Shown here piece after piece: positions 44,460 to 54,092 of a DNA stretch of 60,954 bases. The notes under the pieces are model-generated. The model searched no databases. It was not told where the DNA came from and saw nothing but the letters and a program-made list of their open reading frames with translations. Made by a program: the position numbers and the translations under genes. Positions within the stretch are counted from its first letter, which is position 1; every line of letters starts with the position of its first letter. The stretch is from Pseudolabrys sp. (lineage in GTDB: Bacteria; Pseudomonadota; Alphaproteobacteria; Rhizobiales; Xanthobacteraceae): NCBI GenBank assembly GCA_036268675.1, contig DATATS010000203.1, positions 1-60,954 on the forward strand, read 5' to 3'.

Positions 44460-45254
44460 ATGCAGCGATCGATCCTCCCGGCAATCCTTATCGCGATTTC
44501 GTCCAGCGGCGCGGCTTGGGCGCAGCAGCCTGCGGGTCAGGCCATGCCGACGACGCCGCCCATGGTGATCGTCGCGCCGCAGCCGGCGCCGATGCAATCG
44601 CAACTCGGCGGTGGCTTCATCGAATTCCTGTTCGGCGATCGTGCGCCGCAGCCGCAGCCGCTAATCGCGCCGCAAGCCATGCAGCCGTTGGCGGTTCAGC
44701 CGCAGATCATCGCCACGCCGAACCAGCCGCCGGGCGAGCAGCCGATCTATGTCAGCGCTATGCCGCCGGTCGATCCGATGTTGGAGCAGCAGGCCGCTAA
44801 TTTTCAGATGGACCCGCGCCTCCTGCGCCAGGACGTCGCCTATCAAAGCGAAGAAAAGCCCGGAACGCTCGTGATCGACACGCCGAACCACTTTCTCTAT
44901 CTGGTCGAAGCCGGCGACAGGGCGATGCGCTACGGCATCGGCGTCGGCCGTCCCGGTTTCACCTGGTCCGGCGATCGGGTGGTTTCGGCCAAGAAGGAAT
45001 GGCCGGACTGGGTGCCGCCCAAGGAGATGCTCGAACGTCAACCTTATCTGCCGCACTTCATGGCCGGCGGCCCGAACAATCCGCTCGGCGCGCGCGCTCT
45101 CTATCTCGGCTCGACGCTCTATCGCATTCACGGCTCGAACGAGCCCTGGACGATCGGCCACAACGTCTCGTCGGGCTGCATCCGCATGCGCAACGTGGAT
45201 GTGATCGATCTCTATAACCGCGTCGCGGTCGGCACCAAGGTCGTGGTGCTCTAG
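44460..45254 (+). CDS. L,D-transpeptidase (YkuD family)
   Basis: RYGIGVGR, NPLGARALYL, YRIHG..SSGCIRM. Confidence 0.95.
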   Translation: MQRSILPAILIAISSSGAAWAQQPAGQAMPTTPPMVIVAPQPAPMQSQLGGGFIEFLFGDRAPQPQPLIAPQAMQPLAVQPQIIATPNQPPGEQPIYVSAMPPVDPMLEQQAANFQMDPRLLRQDVAYQSEEKPGTLVIDTPNHFLYLVEAGDRAMRYGIGVGRPGFTWSGDRVVSAKKEWPDWVPPKEMLERQPYLPHFMAGGPNNPLGARALYLGSTLYRIHGSNEPWTIGHNVSSGCIRMRNVDVIDLYNRVAVGTKVVVL

Positions 45255-46108
45255 CTTTCGTCGGCTTGCGCCAGCGTCACGCCGTGCTGGGCGAGTGCGC
45301 GAGGAAACTCATCCGATTTGAAATAGGCGAATTCCCTTTCGCGCTGGTCGGTGAGCGAGTCGAGCTGCTTGAGTTCGGGGTCGACGTGGCCGGGATGGCA
45401 CATGATCACACCGCCATCCGGCATTCCGGCAAGGAACCGAGGAAACGTCTTGGCGAAATCGGGCTGGGTATTGAAGTCGTAAGCCCCGGCGAAGGCCGGA
45501 TTGGTGGCGAGCCCGAGCCTCTTTGCCTTGGCGCGAAAACGCAGGCTCAACAAATCGAGCAGCATGGCCTTGCGGTCGCGCAAGCGTAATCCTGCGCGGG
45601 CGCGTCCGCATTGTCGGACCCAGGCTTGCGGCACGGTTGCCGCGACCACTTTGAGAAAAGCATCGCGCACCTGCGGCATCAGGTGGATGTGCTGGTGTCC
45701 ATCGAGGAAGTCGGGCGGGTGGCCGAAGGCGTCGATAAAGGCGCGAACCTGCATGGCAATTTCGATCGTCAGCCGCTCCGGCTGCAAGCGCCGCATCATG
45801 CCGGCGCGCATCGTCTGCTGATGCGTGAGGAACGCGCCCGCGCGCAACGGCGCGAAGTCTTCGCTCAGCGGCTGGAACGGCGCCGACAGCGTGACATGCA
45901 GGCCGATGGCGGCGCGCTTTTTGCCGGAATTGAGCATTTCGAGCGCGTCGGCTTCCTCGGGCGCGAAGGAGGGCGCGGCCGTCATCACCGATGTCGCATT
46001 GAGACGGCCGCTCAGGATCAGGTCGCGGATGGCTGAATTGACGCCCGGTGCGATGCCGTAATCGTCGGCGCACAGCCAGATGCGGCGAGCGCTGCGCACG
46101 GAGGGCAA
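45251..46108 (-). CDS. YdjC/ChbG/HpnK family deacetylase (start uncertain, 46099 or 46108)
   Basis: CADDYG, GLHVTL, DGHQHIH, MCHPG. Confidence 0.9.
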   Translation of the reverse strand: MPSVRSARRIWLCADDYGIAPGVNSAIRDLILSGRLNATSVMTAAPSFAPEEADALEMLNSGKKRAAIGLHVTLSAPFQPLSEDFAPLRAGAFLTHQQTMRAGMMRRLQPERLTIEIAMQVRAFIDAFGHPPDFLDGHQHIHLMPQVRDAFLKVVAATVPQAWVRQCGRARAGLRLRDRKAMLLDLLSLRFRAKAKRLGLATNPAFAGAYDFNTQPDFAKTFPRFLAGMPDGGVIMCHPGHVDPELKQLDSLTDQREREFAYFKSDEFPRALAQHGVTLAQADES

Positions 46109-46112
46109 AGGC

Positions 46113-47168
46113 TCACTCGGCCGCGCGCGAATCGAGCGGCCGCGCTTTCGCCGGGGCTTTGGCCGATTCATTCGCGCGCTTGAGGCTGTGCTCGGCGACG
46201 AAATAGACCGGCCGCGCCTTGATCTCGGACAAAAGCTTGCCGACATATTCGCCGAGCACGCCGATCATCAAAAGCTGCACGCCGCCGATCACCATCAAGC
46301 CGACCACGAGCGAGGGATAGCCCGGCACATCCTGGCCGAACAGCAGCGTCTGCATCAGGATCCAGATGCCGAAGAACAGCGCGGTGGCGGCGAGCAGCAG
46401 CCCCAGCATGCTGGCGACGCGCAGCGGCGCCACCGTGAAGGAGGTCAGTCCCTCGATCGACAGCCCGATCAGCGTCCAGACATTCCAGGTGGTCTTGCCA
46501 TGCGCGCGTGCCGCCGGCTGATAATCGACGCGCACCTGGCGGTAGCCGATCCAGCTCGACATCCCCTTGAAGAAACGATTGCGCTCCGGCATCTGGCGCA
46601 GCGCGTCGGCCGCGCGCGGCGACAGCAGACGGAAGTCGCCAGCGTCCTCGGGAATTTTCTGCCGCTGGCCCCAGTTGATCATCGCGTAGAACCAGTGCAC
46701 GCCGAGGCGGCGCAGCCAGCTTTCGTTCTCGCGGTGCGCCTTGGCGGTATAGATCACGTCGTATCCGTCATCGAGCCAGCGCGACACCAACGTCTCGATC
46801 AGGTCGGGCGGATGCTGGCCGTCGCCGTCGATGAACAGAACCGCGCCGAGCCGGGCGTGGTCGAGGCCGGCAAGGAGTGCAGCCTCCTTGCCGAAATTGC
46901 GCGATAGGCCGATCACCTGGATGTCGAGCGGGATCGCCGGCAAGGACTTGGCGATTGCGCCGGTGTTGTCGTGGCTGCCGTCGTCCACATAGACGACTTC
47001 CAAAGCGAGGCCGCGTTTGCCGCTCAAATAACGGGCGACCTCGGCAATGCGCTGATGCAGGCCGGCGAGGCCGGCGGCCTCGTTGAACAGCGGCACGACA
47101 ATCGACAGGCCCGGCGCGGACGGCGAGCGCTTTGCGGCTTTGGCCGATTTGGTCGATTTTGCCGGCAT
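46113..47168 (-). CDS. Polyprenyl-phosphate glycosyltransferase, GT2 (GtrB/ArnC-like)
   Basis: LSIVVPLFNE, VDDGSHD, RNFGKEAAL, DGDGQHPP, GDFRL, two C-terminal TMs. Confidence 0.93.
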   Translation of the reverse strand: MPAKSTKSAKAAKRSPSAPGLSIVVPLFNEAAGLAGLHQRIAEVARYLSGKRGLALEVVYVDDGSHDNTGAIAKSLPAIPLDIQVIGLSRNFGKEAALLAGLDHARLGAVLFIDGDGQHPPDLIETLVSRWLDDGYDVIYTAKAHRENESWLRRLGVHWFYAMINWGQRQKIPEDAGDFRLLSPRAADALRQMPERNRFFKGMSSWIGYRQVRVDYQPAARAHGKTTWNVWTLIGLSIEGLTSFTVAPLRVASMLGLLLAATALFFGIWILMQTLLFGQDVPGYPSLVVGLMVIGGVQLLMIGVLGEYVGKLLSEIKARPVYFVAEHSLKRANESAKAPAKARPLDSRAAE

Positions 47169-47282
47169 TTGCCTCAATCCGCCGCCTTCGGTTTCACCGC
47201 GATCTATAGCGCAACGCTGGCACGCTGTCGCCCGCCTAGGTGCGGCATGGAATTGGTCGCCGGCAAAATGCTATGACCGGCC

Positions 47283-47741
47283 ATGATTTCGGGGCGCCTG
47301 CAAAACATCCTGCACCGTCTGAGCGTGGCCTGGCACGAGCGCGCGCTGGTCCTCAAGGCAATCAGCTTTGCGCTGGTGGGCGTGGTCAATACGCTGATCG
47401 ATTTCAGCGTGTTCTGGACCGAGGTGCGCTATCTGGATTGGCCGCTGGTGCCCGCCAATGTAATTTCCTGGCTGGTGGCGGTGAGCTTCTCCTATGTGAT
47501 GAATTCCTTCATCACTTTCGGACCGGAGTCCGGGCACACCTTGCGCCGGCGCGACTATTTGACCTTCGCGGCCTCAGGTGTTGCCGGCATGATAACGAGC
47601 ACGGCGACGCTGTTTGCGCTCTCTTATGCGATGCCGCTGCTGGCGGCGAAGCTCATCTCGATCCTGGTCAGCTTCGTGGTCAATTTCTCGCTCTCGCATC
47701 TCGTGGTCTTTCGCCCTAAGCGGGGCGGCGGGGCAGGGTAA
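47283..47741 (+). CDS. GtrA family flippase-like protein
   Basis: FALVGVVNTLID, SYVMNS..TF, VNFSLS..VVF. Confidence 0.9.
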   Translation: MISGRLQNILHRLSVAWHERALVLKAISFALVGVVNTLIDFSVFWTEVRYLDWPLVPANVISWLVAVSFSYVMNSFITFGPESGHTLRRRDYLTFAASGVAGMITSTATLFALSYAMPLLAAKLISILVSFVVNFSLSHLVVFRPKRGGGAG

Positions 47742-47742
47742 G

Positions 47743-47767
47743 GGAACTTTCGGCGGCCATGACCGTT
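47743..47767 (+). promoter_or_regulatory. General-stress ECF sigma (EcfG/SigT/RpoE2-type) promoter
   Basis: GGAAC-N16-CGTT, 8 nt upstream of ATG 47776. Confidence 0.65.
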
Positions 47768-47775
47768 AATGGGCC

Positions 47776-48147
47776 ATGGGCAATTTTCATTTTATCAGGA
47801 CGATTGGCGGGGGATTGGCGATTTACGGCTTGGTGCTTGCCGTGCCCGGTCAAATGGCGGCGGCCGGATCGGTTTCATATCCGATTTACGTTCCGGAAGA
47901 ATGCATGGTTCTCGCGCAGCGCGAGGGTGTGCCCACGGTGATCGAGAACCGCTATCAAGCCGTGAAGGCGCGGATCAAGCTCGCGCGGCTTCGCTCGAGC
48001 GAACCGATGGTCGCGGAATGTCGCGCGGCCGTGAAACGCGCGGAAATCGCCGTCAAGGCGATGGCCAAAGCTGAAAAAGAAAGTGCGAAGTTCGAGCAGG
48101 CGGCGAAAGAGCCGGACAGTTTCGAGCAGGCGTCAGCCGCTCACTGA
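47776..48147 (+). CDS. Small secreted hypothetical protein
   Basis: Signal-like N-terminus, two Cys, helical C-terminus with repeated FEQA. Confidence 0.65.
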   Translation: MGNFHFIRTIGGGLAIYGLVLAVPGQMAAAGSVSYPIYVPEECMVLAQREGVPTVIENRYQAVKARIKLARLRSSEPMVAECRAAVKRAEIAVKAMAKAEKESAKFEQAAKEPDSFEQASAAH

Positions 48148-48181
48148 GATCATCTTCGTTTTGCAATGAGCGCTGGCCGCG

Positions 48182-49153
48182 CTACAGCCCAGCTTCGAGC
48201 TTGGCGTAAAGCGGATTGTCGCGCGAAAACACATAATCCAGATCGGCCACCGCCACCGCTTCCGCGCCGTTGTCGCGCAGGAAGGTCGTGAGCGCGTAAA
48301 CCTGCTCGGGCGGGCAGTGCAGCGTCAGCATGCCGGAGGAGGTCGGCCCGCCGAAGGGCGTGACCGCGCCGAATGTCTGGCGTGCCGCCTCCACAAGCTT
48401 TTCATCGCACGCGGCAAAGCGTGCGCGCACCTCGCGGAAGGCGCGGGCGCGCCCTTGCGCGGCGATGCGATCGAGGATGACGCGTGCCAATTCCTTCTCG
48501 GACGTGCCCCAGGTAGCGCCGCGCGCGGCCACCAGATTGGCCTGCGAACGCAGGATGACGCCGTCTTCCAGAACCTTGAGCCCGTTGGCCGCGAGCGTCG
48601 TGCCGGTCGTGGTGATGTCGACGATCATCTCGGCGGTGCCGGCGGCGGGCGCGCCTTCGGTCGCGCCTGAACTCTCCACGATGCGATAGTCGATGATGCC
48701 ATGCGCGGAAAAGAAGCCGCGCGTGAGGTTCACGTATTTTGTCGCCACCCGCATCTTGCGGCCGTGGTGCTGGCGGAACGAAGTCGCGACATCGTCGATA
48801 TCGGCCATGGTGCGCACGTCGATCCAGGCCTGCGGCACTGCGACGACGACGGTGGCATTGCCGAAACCGAGCCCTTCGACCAGCACGACGCGCGCGTCGG
48901 CGTCGGGGATCATTTCGCGCACCAGGTCTTCGCCGGTGACGCCAAGATGCACGCTGCCTGCCGAAAGCTGGGCGGTGATTTCGGATGCCGACAGATAGGC
49001 CACCTCGACGCCGTCGAGCCCCGCGATGGCGCCGCGATAGTCGCGCTGCCCGCGCGGCTTCACGAGCGCGAGGCCGGAGCGGGCAAAGAAGGCTTCGGCA
49101 TTTTCCTGCAGCCGGCCTTTGGCGGGCACGGCCAGCACCAGAGACGCGCTCAT
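48182..49153 (-). CDS. hisG: ATP phosphoribosyltransferase
   Basis: [40 protein letters not shown]. Confidence 0.96.
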   Translation of the reverse strand: MSASLVLAVPAKGRLQENAEAFFARSGLALVKPRGQRDYRGAIAGLDGVEVAYLSASEITAQLSAGSVHLGVTGEDLVREMIPDADARVVLVEGLGFGNATVVVAVPQAWIDVRTMADIDDVATSFRQHHGRKMRVATKYVNLTRGFFSAHGIIDYRIVESSGATEGAPAAGTAEMIVDITTTGTTLAANGLKVLEDGVILRSQANLVAARGATWGTSEKELARVILDRIAAQGRARAFREVRARFAACDEKLVEAARQTFGAVTPFGGPTSSGMLTLHCPPEQVYALTTFLRDNGAEAVAVADLDYVFSRDNPLYAKLEAGL

Positions 49154-50292
49154 CGGCTGCCCCCGTAGTCGTCGAGCCGCTCGATCCAGACCGCGAGGCC
49201 GATCGCCGGGATCGGCTCGCTCGCGCCGAGCCGCGCGAGCAGGCCGTCGTAACGCCCGCCGGCCACCAGCGGGTCGCCGGTGCGCGAGGGATCCGTCAAT
49301 TCGAACACGAAGCCGGTGTAGTAGTCGAAGCCGCGGCCGAACGCGGTCGAAAATCGAACGCGCTTCAGGTCGATGCCGCGCGCCGCCAGAAAGCCGGCGC
49401 GGCTTTCGAACAGATCGAGCGCGGATGCAAGATCCATGTTGGCGTCGCTTGCGAGCGCGCGCAGTTCCGCCGCCGCCTCGTCGGGATCGCCCTGGATCGC
49501 GAGGAAACGCTCGATCAATCCGCGCACGTCGCGCGGCAGCCGCGCGCTGGCGCCGAGCGCCGACTGTTCGAGGAAGCGGTCGGCGATCTCACCGACCGAA
49601 CGGCCGCCGACCGCGGTGATGCCGGCGATCGACAGCAGGTCGGTGACAAGCGCGTGCGCACCCTTGGGGTCGGAGCCGGCGAGCGCCGCCAGCACGCCCT
49701 GATATTCGGGCCGTGTGTTGTTGCCGCCGAGAACCAGACGATCGAGGTCCTGCGCCAGATTGGCCTTGCGGTTGAAATCCTTGATCAGCCGCCGCTTCCA
49801 CGCCGGCGGCAAATCGAGGCCGGCAATCAAGCTCGCAAACAGCGCGACATCGCCGATCCGGATGTCGGGCTTGGGCAAGCCATAGTGGGCCGTGGCCTCA
49901 AGCGCGAGCGAGAGCATCTCGGCGTCGGCGGCAGCCTTGTCGGACCGCCCGAAGGATTCGATGCCGGCCTGCATGAACTCCGCTGGCTGATCGACGCGAT
50001 GGCGGAACACGGGCCCGAGATAACAGAAGCCTGCTGGCTTGCCGGCGAGCGGCGAAGCGAGATAGTCGCGCGAAACGGGGATGGTGAGATCGGGCCGCAG
50101 GCAGAATTCGCCGCCACCGGGCGCCGTGGTCAGATACATGCGCTTGCGGATGTCCTCGCCCGAGAGATCGAGGAAGGGCTCGGCCGGCTGCAGCATGGCG
50201 GGCGCAATGCGGGCGTAGCCGGCGCGCTCGTAGGAAGCGACCAGCGTCTCTGCCCTTGTGTCGGGCCCGGTTGTGGTTTGCGTCGCGGTCAT
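49150..50292 (-). CDS. hisZ: ATP phosphoribosyltransferase regulatory subunit
   Basis: [35 protein letters not shown]; overlaps the hisG start. Confidence 0.93.
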   Translation of the reverse strand: MTATQTTTGPDTRAETLVASYERAGYARIAPAMLQPAEPFLDLSGEDIRKRMYLTTAPGGGEFCLRPDLTIPVSRDYLASPLAGKPAGFCYLGPVFRHRVDQPAEFMQAGIESFGRSDKAAADAEMLSLALEATAHYGLPKPDIRIGDVALFASLIAGLDLPPAWKRRLIKDFNRKANLAQDLDRLVLGGNNTRPEYQGVLAALAGSDPKGAHALVTDLLSIAGITAVGGRSVGEIADRFLEQSALGASARLPRDVRGLIERFLAIQGDPDEAAAELRALASDANMDLASALDLFESRAGFLAARGIDLKRVRFSTAFGRGFDYYTGFVFELTDPSRTGDPLVAGGRYDGLLARLGASEPIPAIGLAVWIERLDDYGGSR

Positions 50293-50510
50293 CGGTGTCA
50301 CAATTTCCCCGGCCTTTAGCATGGGGGTCTTTAACATTCGACGCCGATCGGTTCCCGCGCTTAACGGATCGGGAGTTCAAACGTCCGGCGTCGTTAACGA
50401 ATTTTCTTGAAACGCGAGTTCCCGCCGGGCCCAAGGGCAGCCATGCCTGCGCGGGTAAGACAATTTCAATACAACCGGCGTTGACTGGAGCCTTGGGGGA
50501 CCCTTGGCCG

Positions 50511-50975
50511 ATGTCCGATTTCGTTCCACGCGCCGTTGTCGAGGCCTTCTACAGGGCGCTGGCAAGTGGCGACGTTGAGACACTTGCCGGCTATCTCGAT
50601 GACGAGGTGACCTGGACCATCAGCGGTCCGGTGGACGTGCTGCCGTTTTGCGGCCAGCGCAGCGGCAAGGCGCTGGTGCTCAAGTTGCTCGGCAGCGATA
50701 TTCCGGCGCTGCTGCACAAACGCCGCCTGGTGCCGAACGACATGTTGGTGGACGGCAACCGCGCCGCCGTGTTCGGAAAGCTGATGGCGAGCCGGTGCGA
50801 CCTCGACCAGCCCATCAGCTATCGCCTCGCCCAGTTCGCCCGCTTCCGCGACGAGAAACTCGTCGAATTTATTTCGATCATCGACAGCTTCGACGCAGTC
50901 GAGCAGGTGCTTGGCCACCCGATCGCGGTGCACGACGGGCGGCACGCCGATACCGGCGATCTGATCGCCGTTTAA
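50511..50975 (+). CDS. NTF2/SnoaL-like protein
   Basis: VEAFYRAL..GD, DDEVTW, PFCG.R.GK, IDSFD. Confidence 0.85.
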   Translation: MSDFVPRAVVEAFYRALASGDVETLAGYLDDEVTWTISGPVDVLPFCGQRSGKALVLKLLGSDIPALLHKRRLVPNDMLVDGNRAAVFGKLMASRCDLDQPISYRLAQFARFRDEKLVEFISIIDSFDAVEQVLGHPIAVHDGRHADTGDLIAV

Positions 50976-51058
50976 TTCACAACCTGTAGCGACGCGATGA
51001 CCGCGACGACGCGGCGTGCTACCATCGCGCATTCATTTCAGCGACGGAGCTTCATGCC

Positions 51059-51580
51059 ATGCGTTTTCTGCTTGTCGTATTTGCCGGTTGCGGCTTTGTC
51101 TGCTCGTCCGCGTTCGCGCTCGAGATGCCGGCGCGCAAGCCGGGGCTCTGGCAGTTGCGGATCGAGTTCGCGGGTCGCAAGCTGCCGGCGCAGGTCGTCA
51201 AGCAGTGCATCGATGCCGCGAGCGACAAATTGATGAACAGCAGCTACACCGGCGGCGTCAGTTGTTCAAAACAGGACGTGTCGCATTCCGGCGCGACCAT
51301 GACGATCGACACGGTGTGCAGGTCCGGTCCGGCCACCAACACGTCGCATGTCGTGGTCAATGGCAGCTTCGACAGCGGCTATACGATGGACGTGACGTCG
51401 ACGCGCACGGGCGGGCCGCCGGTGCCAGGCTTGCCGGCGGGGGGTGCGATGCACACCACGATCACTGCGAAATGGCTTGGGCCATGTGCTGCGGGCATGC
51501 GCCCCGGCGACATGATCATGGCCAATGGCATGAAGATGAACATGCTCGATATGCAGAAGAGGATGCCGCACAAGCCGTAG
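51059..51580 (+). CDS. DUF3617-like secreted protein
   Basis: Signal peptide, RKPGLW, four Cys, AKWLGPC. Confidence 0.8.
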   Translation: MRFLLVVFAGCGFVCSSAFALEMPARKPGLWQLRIEFAGRKLPAQVVKQCIDAASDKLMNSSYTGGVSCSKQDVSHSGATMTIDTVCRSGPATNTSHVVVNGSFDSGYTMDVTSTRTGGPPVPGLPAGGAMHTTITAKWLGPCAAGMRPGDMIMANGMKMNMLDMQKRMPHKP

Positions 51581-51607
51581 CGCGTCGATCGGTTCAAAGC
51601 CGCCGAC

Positions 51608-52480
51608 TCAAGCCGCCATGCGCACGGTGACGTCAACCGAAATGCCCAGAAAATCCGAGTCGGACCCGCTGAAGGATCCTGAAATCGGAATGGCCTGCGA
51701 GGGGTCGCTGGTGACCGCGATCCGGATAAGATTTTCCCCGGCGATCAGTCCGTTGGTCGGGTCATACTCGACCCAGTCGGCGCCCGGCAAATAGACATCC
51801 GCCCATGCGTGCGTCGAACCCGCGCCCTGCATGGCGCGCCCGCCATCGACCGCGGGGTCGTACAGATAGCCGGTGACGAAACGGGCGCCGAAGCCGAGAC
51901 TGCGCACGGCCTCGATGAACAGCAGCGCGAAGTCACGGCAACTGCCGCTCTTCTTTTCCAGCGTCTCGATCGGCGTCTGCGTGCCTTCCTCGTATCGTTC
52001 GGCGTAGGTGAATGAGCTTCGGATGGCGCCATTCATGTTCGACAGCAGATTGTAGGTTGGCAATGGCTGCTGGCTCATGAAGCCCTTGGCCCAGGTCTCC
52101 ACAAGACCGCGCGGATCGGGGTAATGGCGATCGAGCAGCCAGCCGAGGTCGCCGCGGTCGTTGGACGAATAGACGAAGGGGTAGTTTTGTGCCGCGGGGG
52201 CGATCGGAAACACCGGCCGCTTCAAGCCGTAGCGTTCGAGTTTAAGAGTGCTAACGATCCGCAGTTCGGACGCGGCCTGCGCGAATTCGACCTGCGCCAC
52301 CGAATTGCCGAACACGTCGTGCATCCAATTCAGCGCCCCGGGCGGCGACAACGTCAACTCGGCGTCGACGAGCCGCAAATCGTGACTGTCGCGCGGGCGC
52401 AGCATCAGCCGGTGCGGGCCGAAATAGACCGGCCTGGAATAGCGGTAGGTGGTGGCGTGGTGGATCGTCAGAAGCTTCAT
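51608..52480 (-). CDS. Transglutaminase-like family protein
   Basis: H.TTYRY, GSCRDFA, ARFVTGY, THAWADVY, DPTN (Cys-His-Asp triad). Confidence 0.92.
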   Translation of the reverse strand: MKLLTIHHATTYRYSRPVYFGPHRLMLRPRDSHDLRLVDAELTLSPPGALNWMHDVFGNSVAQVEFAQAASELRIVSTLKLERYGLKRPVFPIAPAAQNYPFVYSSNDRGDLGWLLDRHYPDPRGLVETWAKGFMSQQPLPTYNLLSNMNGAIRSSFTYAERYEEGTQTPIETLEKKSGSCRDFALLFIEAVRSLGFGARFVTGYLYDPAVDGGRAMQGAGSTHAWADVYLPGADWVEYDPTNGLIAGENLIRIAVTSDPSQAIPISGSFSGSDSDFLGISVDVTVRMAA

Positions 52481-52487
52481 GGCTTGT

Positions 52488-53963
52488 TCAGCCGTGGCGG
52501 GCGAGCAGCTTGCGGACTTCCTCGACCAATTCGCTTTCCTTCACCGGAACCTGCGCCTCGGCCTGCTTCTTCAAGTATTCGTCGCGATCCTTGATGTCGC
52601 TTGCCGCCGAGCCCGCAATCAGGTCGCGCAACTGCACTTCGCCCTTGGCTTTCTCGTCGGGCCCCTGGATCACCGCGCAAGGGCTGCCGCGCTTGTCGGC
52701 ATATTTGAGCTGCTGGCCGATGCCGTGCTTGGGATTGCCGAGATAGAGCTCAGCTCGGATTTTGGCCGCGCGAAGCTGCGCGACGAGCGTCTGCGCTGCC
52801 GGCACGCTGTCGGGGCCGAACACCGTGACCAGCACAGGGCCCGCGGAAGGCTTCGAGTCGAGTTTGCCGATCAGCGTAAGCGCGGCTTGCAGGCGCGAGA
52901 CGCCGATGGAGAAACCGGTCGCCGGCACCGGCTGACCCATGAAGCGTGAGACGAGGCCATCGTAGCGCCCACCGCCACCGACCGAGCCGAAACGAACGGG
53001 GCGGCCTTTGTCGTCTGTGGCTTCAATTAGGAGTTCAATCTCGTAGACGGGGCCGGTGTAGTACTCAAGTCCGCGAACGACTGACGGAAAGATGCCGATA
53101 CGATCAACGCCGTAGCCTCCGCTCGAAACGATCGTCCAAATCTCCCCTAACTCATCGAGTCCTGATTGATATGTCGAATTATCAAACAGACTTTTTGCAT
53201 GACTGAGGCTGTCGTATTTCGTGAAAATTGCCGTCTGAAGTCGGTAAACTTGCTCACTCGATAGGCCGGCGCCCTTTGTGTAGTCGCCACTCTCGTCTTT
53301 CCGTCCCGAGGTGAGCAGAGCGATGACGCCTTCCCAGCCCAGTCGATCCGTTTTGTCTACTGCACGCAAAACTGTAAGCCGCTTGACGGCGGGAATTTCA
53401 AGAGCGTCCATCACGCCATCTAGCAATTTTCGATTACTCACCTTCACGATGTACTGGCCCCGCTTAATCCCCAACGCCTCCATCGTGTCCGCCGCCAGCA
53501 TGCACATCTCGGCATCGGCGGCCATTGTGGCTGAGCCCACCGTGTCGGCGTCGAACTGCATGAATTGCCGAAACCGTCCCGGCCCCGGCTTCTCGTTGCG
53601 GTACACATAGCCGGTGCGATACGAGCGATAGGGCAGCGCGAGGTTCTGGTAATTCTCGGCGACGTAGCGTGCCAGCGGCGCGGTCAGGTCATAGCGCAGG
53701 CTCAACCACTGCTCGTCGTCGTCCTGGAACGAAAATACGCCCTCGTTCGGCCGGTCCTGGTCGGGCAGGAATTTTCCGAGCGCGTCGGTGAATTCGATGG
53801 CCGGCGTTTCCACCGGCTCGAAGCCATAGCGCTCGAATTGCAGGCGGATCGTCTCCACCATGGCGCGCGTGGCGGCGATCTCGGCCGGCTTGCGGTCGGC
53901 GAGGCCGCGCGGCAGGCGGGCTTTCAGCTTTTGCGGCTTTTTGCCGGATTTCGGATCGGCCAT
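52488..53963 (-). CDS. hisS: Histidine--tRNA ligase
   Basis: [33 protein letters not shown]. Confidence 0.97.
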   Translation of the reverse strand: MADPKSGKKPQKLKARLPRGLADRKPAEIAATRAMVETIRLQFERYGFEPVETPAIEFTDALGKFLPDQDRPNEGVFSFQDDDEQWLSLRYDLTAPLARYVAENYQNLALPYRSYRTGYVYRNEKPGPGRFRQFMQFDADTVGSATMAADAEMCMLAADTMEALGIKRGQYIVKVSNRKLLDGVMDALEIPAVKRLTVLRAVDKTDRLGWEGVIALLTSGRKDESGDYTKGAGLSSEQVYRLQTAIFTKYDSLSHAKSLFDNSTYQSGLDELGEIWTIVSSGGYGVDRIGIFPSVVRGLEYYTGPVYEIELLIEATDDKGRPVRFGSVGGGGRYDGLVSRFMGQPVPATGFSIGVSRLQAALTLIGKLDSKPSAGPVLVTVFGPDSVPAAQTLVAQLRAAKIRAELYLGNPKHGIGQQLKYADKRGSPCAVIQGPDEKAKGEVQLRDLIAGSAASDIKDRDEYLKKQAEAQVPVKESELVEEVRKLLARHG

Positions 53964-54092
53964 CTGCAGCTATGCTTGAATCGCGCGGTTGATAATCGCG
54001 GCGTGGTAGCAGCCGTATGGGCCTTTGTCATTACGGCCAAAACCGGATAATCCAGTAGGCAACAGTTTGCCGGGTAACAGCGAGGCGGCCCC

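Noticed and set aside
50330-50470. Several TTAAC half-sites between hisZ and the SnoaL-like gene
   Set aside because: None forms a convincing TTAA-N7-TTAA pair
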